Shown here piece by piece: positions 16,056-20,430 of a DNA stretch of 20,430 bases (the stretch's first letter is position 1; each line of letters starts with the position of its first letter). The stretch lies in IMG/VR virus record IMGVR_UViG_3300031718_000177; one strand, written 5' to 3'. Under the pieces are notes generated by a model. The model saw only the letters and a list, made by a program, of their open reading frames with translations, made no database searches and was not told the DNA's origin. A program made the translations under genes and the position numbers. The DNA is from a virus. Lineage: Duplodnaviria > Heunggongvirae > Uroviricota > Caudoviricetes.

Positions 16056-16283
16056 TTAATCTTCCGGTGTTTTTGCCTTATCGGTGCGGCTATCTCGTGG
16101 GTAAGGCGGGCCTATTTCCAGTCGTTTGGCGAACTCAACGTCGTTTTTATATCTCGGCTTAAACTTCATTGGCTTAGCATCTTGTTGTATTTCAACTCGC
16201 CCATGTAAAGGTGGGAATGGCGTTCCTATTAAAGAAGGGACTTCCTGATGTTCCTGCTCTAGCCAAGTATTAAAATCTCGCAT
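16056..16283 (-). CDS. Small hypothetical phage protein (probable start ATG 16283, MRDFNTWLEQE)
   Basis: ATG preceded by CTATATATAAGAGT; M-x-x-F-x-x-W-L-E N-terminus. Confidence 0.6.
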   Translation of the reverse strand: MRDFNTWLEQEHQEVPSLIGTPFPPLHGRVEIQQDAKPMKFKPRYKNDVEFAKRLEIGPPYPRDSRTDKAKTPED

Positions 16284-16305
16284 ACTCTTATATATAGCGA
16301 GCAAA

Positions 16306-17064
16306 ATGAAAAAACTCCTTGTAGGTTCTGTTTATGGTCCATCTGAGCGAAATAGCCAATGGTATAAACTCCAATTAGATTTTCTAGGGAAAACTACGGC
16401 AGATTTTGACCATGCGGTTTATCTATCGGGAGCGGACAAGAGCTTATTTGGACAGTCAATTATTCTAGACACAGTTGAAAATAGGTGGCTTTCGACGACT
16501 GTGGATAATGTTACAGAAAACTTCTGTCCGCATATAGAAGGCGTCCAGAAAATTGTAGGATATTTTAATACAAATGATTACTCGCATTGCCTCATATTGG
16601 ACAGTGATTGTTTCCCTATTACGGAGAATTGGATGTCTTTGCTTATAGAGAAGATGGGGAAATACAGGTATGCCGCTCCGATTAGATACGAAAATCTAGA
16701 AACATGGTCTCATCCTAGTTTTCTTTTTATTAAGGAAAAGGGCGAAGTTAGTTTCATTCCAACAAAACCGGTTAAAAACCTGCTTAATGAAGATATAATT
16801 GACTGCGGCTGCAATATACCACTAAGAGATACATTCCCATTAATTCGCTCCAATAAATACAATCCACATCCAATATTTGGAGGAATATATTGGGACATCT
16901 GCTACCATCATTGCTGTGGGAGTAGACAGCCAATTACAAGGAGCATTAGCAAGGGATATTATGCCGGCGAGCAACATGAAGAAATAGAGAAACATCTATT
17001 TGAGAGCTTGGTAAGAGACCCTAAACGATATTTACAAAAGCTCAGATGTACAATTTCGGTCTAG
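16306..17064 (+). CDS. Glycosyltransferase-like protein (GT-A fold)
   Basis: HCLILDSDCFP (DxD motif); cluster context. Confidence 0.6.
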   Translation: MKKLLVGSVYGPSERNSQWYKLQLDFLGKTTADFDHAVYLSGADKSLFGQSIILDTVENRWLSTTVDNVTENFCPHIEGVQKIVGYFNTNDYSHCLILDSDCFPITENWMSLLIEKMGKYRYAAPIRYENLETWSHPSFLFIKEKGEVSFIPTKPVKNLLNEDIIDCGCNIPLRDTFPLIRSNKYNPHPIFGGIYWDICYHHCCGSRQPITRSISKGYYAGEQHEEIEKHLFESLVRDPKRYLQKLRCTISV

Positions 17065-17764
17065 GAACGAAAGGTACATTTTTAACCGGATAGTTGTATT
17101 TTTGGAACATCAATAGAAAATCGTCCTTAATTTTACCTTCGGGTATTTCTTCTAGTGTAATATTTCTATCTCTTACGCCAAAACTATTTGTATATTTATC
17201 TTCATAGTAATAATTATGATATTTTATACCTAGTTTAGATAATAATACCTTAATATCATCCTCTATTTTGTATAAGATATGGGAATACGGCTCAATCATC
17301 ATATTCCATTGAGTATAGAAATAACAAGCTCTTTCCAAAGGGATTTCTATATCCTTAAGCTCCGGCAATATAGATATAATAAAGTCATCCCATAGCTTGG
17401 TTTTGGGATTGTCTTGAAAATGCTCTACGTCGTATAAAAAGGAAGATATTACCTGTAACGGATGACGCACGATATGAATTATTTTCGTATCTTTAAGACA
17501 ATCATGAGCGAGATACGGAGCTGCCATATAGCTGCTATCCGCTTGTATTATTCTAGATTTAAACCAATCCTGTCTTTCCCTAGAAGAAACTTCACTTAAC
17601 TTAATCGGCTCCTTACCTTTTAATCTATCCAGCGCTATATCAATTCCAAGATAATCAAAAATACATTCATGTCCGCACATAATGCCAATAGAAGAAAAAA
17701 CTCTGGCTAAATATACACTTCCATTGCGCCCCGTACCTGTAAATAAATATTTTAATCGCAACAT
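17042..17764 (-). CDS. Sulfotransferase-like protein
   Basis: FTGTGRNGSVYL (5'-PSB-like), CGHE, IIHIVRHPLQVISS (3'-PB-like). Confidence 0.7.
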   Translation of the reverse strand: MLRLKYLFTGTGRNGSVYLARVFSSIGIMCGHECIFDYLGIDIALDRLKGKEPIKLSEVSSRERQDWFKSRIIQADSSYMAAPYLAHDCLKDTKIIHIVRHPLQVISSFLYDVEHFQDNPKTKLWDDFIISILPELKDIEIPLERACYFYTQWNMMIEPYSHILYKIEDDIKVLLSKLGIKYHNYYYEDKYTNSFGVRDRNITLEEIPEGKIKDDFLLMFQKYNYPVKNVPFVPRPKLYI

Positions 17765-17794
17765 TACATATAATAAAGTAAGTAACCAATAACT

Positions 17795-18823
17795 ATGTAT
17801 GATTTAGAAATTGTAATGGCCGTCAGCCAAAACGGTAAATATGCTAGAAGGCTGCGGGAGTTCAAAGAACACGGCTTAACAGAAATCGGCAACAGAAAAG
17901 TGAAGTTGTCCCTCCTTGTTGGGACAGAAAAGATAAATAAGATCGAAAGTCATTGGCCCACCGAGTTAGATATAAAGATAATAAAATCTAATTTCAATCA
18001 TGCTGCCGCAAAAATCAATGAATTTTACGCGACTTATCCGTTAGCCAATGTCAAAGATTTTAAGTGGATGATGAGAGTGGACGACGATAGCATAACGAAA
18101 ATATCGCCGTTACTCGATATTTTAGACCGGCTAGACCCTTCTGATCCGTTGTACCTAGCGAACGACATGTGCGAAGGCGATAATAGCATAGAGCTTTCTT
18201 TACTGGAAGAATTGGATTCTAACTATAAATATGATCCGTTACGGCATGAAGTTGAATGCTGCATTCTATCTCAAGCATGTTTTAGAAGGCTTTTAGAAAA
18301 CCCCTTTACAAGGAGTATCTTACAAAAGAGAGCGGCAATTCGAGGAGGATATACAGATATATGCCTGGCTGCTTGCGCAAGAGAGTGTGGCATATTCCCA
18401 GCACATTTTTGTTATATTAATGGTCTCACTGATCTAAAATCGTTCCTGAATAAAACATCTTTTCATATTCACTATGTTGCTCATGATATTCACCCGCAGG
18501 TATTGGAGATAATCAAAAACGACCGTTCTGTATGCAAGTTCTGCGATACTATGTTCTATGTGTTAGAAAAAGATGAGGACAGGAAAATAGTTAGTAGATC
18601 CAGAATCTTTTTAAATGCAAATGGAACAATAGCCTCCGATCCACCTTCGAACATAGCAATGTACTGGTTATTTAGAGAACAAAATAATGAGATTTTGATA
18701 TATGGCGGCGATTACAAACTAGGGTTTATATTTGAAATAGACACAGGTGATTTATCCGAAATAAAATCGCAACAACAAGGTAAAAATAATACATTTGTTA
18801 TCCAAAGGAAATGGATATTTTAA
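17795..18823 (+). CDS. Glycosyltransferase, GT31/Fringe-like
   Basis: FKWMMRVDDDS, PLYL, CCILS, TDICLAACA resemble the GT31 W..DDD / G..LS / EDV...C pattern. Confidence 0.6.
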   Translation: MYDLEIVMAVSQNGKYARRLREFKEHGLTEIGNRKVKLSLLVGTEKINKIESHWPTELDIKIIKSNFNHAAAKINEFYATYPLANVKDFKWMMRVDDDSITKISPLLDILDRLDPSDPLYLANDMCEGDNSIELSLLEELDSNYKYDPLRHEVECCILSQACFRRLLENPFTRSILQKRAAIRGGYTDICLAACARECGIFPAHFCYINGLTDLKSFLNKTSFHIHYVAHDIHPQVLEIIKNDRSVCKFCDTMFYVLEKDEDRKIVSRSRIFLNANGTIASDPPSNIAMYWLFREQNNEILIYGGDYKLGFIFEIDTGDLSEIKSQQQGKNNTFVIQRKWIF

Positions 18824-18838
18824 AGCACAGAACTTAAT

Positions 18839-19561
18839 ATGAACATTTCCATTGTAATCCACTACTCCAAAGATAGAAAGTTCCAATTAGAAAATACAAT
18901 TGCTTGTCTTGGTGATATGGACGGCATTCAAGACACAGAGAAAATACTACTTGTTGATGGTGAAACCAATATCAAACCTGCGGGATGGAAAGTAGTTGAG
19001 ATACCCAGACGAAGCGAACATTATGAACCATCTTACATATGGAATACTGGTTTCAAGTTTGCATCTAACGAAATGGTACTAACTCTAGAAAGCGACAGAA
19101 TACTTCCAAAATATTGGCTGCCAGTCGCAATAGAACAATTAAAAACTCATGATTTTGTATGTAATAAAAAGCTATATCAACTGAAATATCTATGCGGTTT
19201 GGAAGCACTTCGTATAATTCGCGATTATCCGGATGAATATTACAAACACAAAAAGGCAATTATAGAAGATTTCAGGGTCAACCATCCAGATAAGGGAATA
19301 GCAAAGAAAAATCCGATGTCTGGGTGTCTATTATGTACAAAAGAAGCATTCAATTCTATCGGTGGATTTGATGAAAGATACTTACAAGCCGGCTACCACG
19401 ATTTAGACGCATTCAGAACGGCATATATAATGGGCAAAAGGATATGTGCATTAAATTGTATAGAACTCCATCAGAAACATGATTATATAGGTGGTTGGGA
19501 GCAGTTCAGAGAAGTTAATATGGAGAATAAAGCAAGGTATTATGAGAAATGGAAGTTATGA
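18839..19561 (+). CDS. Glycosyltransferase family 2 / Glyco_transf_7C-like
   Basis: ISIVIHY, ILLVDG, WNTG, LESDR, FNSIGGFDERYLQAGYHDLD. Confidence 0.8.
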   Translation: MNISIVIHYSKDRKFQLENTIACLGDMDGIQDTEKILLVDGETNIKPAGWKVVEIPRRSEHYEPSYIWNTGFKFASNEMVLTLESDRILPKYWLPVAIEQLKTHDFVCNKKLYQLKYLCGLEALRIIRDYPDEYYKHKKAIIEDFRVNHPDKGIAKKNPMSGCLLCTKEAFNSIGGFDERYLQAGYHDLDAFRTAYIMGKRICALNCIELHQKHDYIGGWEQFREVNMENKARYYEKWKL

Positions 19562-20254
19562 GTTGTAAATTTTCCAATATTCTGTATATCCTGCATTAAG
19601 AGATGCGAAATGTATTCCACATTTTCCAACTTTATAAGGAGCAAAATCACACAAAGGATTACAAATGGATACGTCTTCTAGGGATATTAGCTTAAATGGG
19701 TTATTTCTCAATAGCATTCCGATCACGCCTTGCTCACAACAATGCGTAAGCCATCCTTTATTCGGATAAGTTTTCAATATAGAATTAATTTCTTGCCGAA
19801 CATCTAGAGACGGAGGGAATCCAACAATACCGGTATTAATTTTAAGATCAGCCTTGATAAAAGAATCAAATTGTCCAAAAAATCTACGGTGGGCTTCGCA
19901 AATTAAAATATCATAACTTTCAAGAAACTCATCTATATCGGGTAATCTACCGTAGATAATTACGTCATTATCTATTATGATCTCATGGGTATTTAATCTC
20001 AGACGCGGCGGATACAATTTCCAAGCAGTTTCTGACGGCAAATATAGTATAGACCTTGTATAATTCTTCTGATCTACACAAGATAACCCAAACTTATTTA
20101 TTTTTCCATATTGATGATCGCTAAGATTATTATGACATATAACCATATCAAATTCGTCACCATAAATCTTTCTCCATTCGACAATCGAAGCACGCAAACA
20201 CTCAAATCCTTCATCGCTACTATTAGATATCGTCCATCTAACTAACGGTTTCAA
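19556..20254 (-). CDS. Nucleotide-sugar transferase-like protein; paralog of 9895..10719
   Basis: KPLVRWT, AWKLYPP, HEIIIDNDVII, INTGIVGFPP, CEQG; TTG start with GAGGTGA RBS. Confidence 0.65.
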   Translation of the reverse strand: MKPLVRWTISNSSDEGFECLRASIVEWRKIYGDEFDMVICHNNLSDHQYGKINKFGLSCVDQKNYTRSILYLPSETAWKLYPPRLRLNTHEIIIDNDVIIYGRLPDIDEFLESYDILICEAHRRFFGQFDSFIKADLKINTGIVGFPPSLDVRQEINSILKTYPNKGWLTHCCEQGVIGMLLRNNPFKLISLEDVSICNPLCDFAPYKVGKCGIHFASLNAGYTEYWKIYNS

Positions 20255-20429
20255 AACTCACCTCATTTGGTTTTAATCTTGCAATATTAAGAAATATTTT
20301 ACATTCATAATCCAGCTTTACCCTGGGAAAAAATTTCATAAAAGCGTCATGTGTCACAGATTGATCGCAATTATATAATTTGCACATATCCGTACAATCA
20401 AAAAGTTCCCATAATCTAATCTTTGAACA
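20238..20429 (-). CDS. Partial hypothetical protein (3' end, enters from the right edge)
   Basis: Open frame ...CSKIRLWELFDCTDMCKLY...NEVSFETVS*, overlapping the start of the next gene. Confidence 0.5.
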   Translation of the reverse strand, partial: CSKIRLWELFDCTDMCKLYNCDQSVTHDAFMKFFPRVKLDYECKIFLNIARLKPNEVSFETVS

Positions 20430-20430
20430 A

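Noticed and set aside
595-19259. Short antisense or nested track ORFs (e.g. 595, 1818, 2095, 2408, 2593, 3833, 3969, 5771, 6076, 6282, 7308, 7372, 7596, 9137, 9361, 9578, 10498, 10628, 11718, 11851, 13192, 14118, 14840, 15142, 15902, 16710, 19065)
   Set aside because: They shadow longer motif-bearing genes or structured non-coding regions and show no recognisable motifs.
1-20430. Alternative genetic code (stop-codon recoding)
   Set aside because: Standard-code ORFs tile the window densely, and TAA, TAG and TGA all occur as plausible gene ends.

Overview
AT-rich, gene-dense window that most likely comes from a large dsDNA phage genome. This is an inference from a T4-gp17-like terminase ATPase domain, a free-standing LAGLIDADG homing endonuclease, many short orphan ORFs, frequent strand switches and no host core operons. 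Most of the window is a glycan/modification enzyme cluster: about 8 glycosyltransferase-like ORFs, 2 sulfotransferase-like ORFs, 3 paralogous class I SAM methyltransferases plus a partial fourth MTase, and a P-loop kinase. The most interesting part is a minus-strand unit at about 12.7-16.0 kb. A sigma70-like promoter drives a DUF2828/TROVE-vWA (Ro60-related) gene, followed by small ORFs and hpt. Three dispersed copies of a covarying stem-loop with a conserved ACAGCA(A/C)TT internal loop punctuate this unit, and one copy encloses the start codon of the Ro60-like gene. A tandem pair of covarying hairpin+pseudoknot units and an intrinsic terminator lie directly upstream of hpt. Other observations: a frameshifted SIMPL gene with a 78-bp tandem repeat, an IS200/IS605-end-like palindromic remnant, an unannotated ribbon-helix-helix gene before the endonuclease, and a recurring ACT-N-(TA-rich) motif just upstream of start codons. 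All family assignments come from recognising motifs by eye; no database searches were run.
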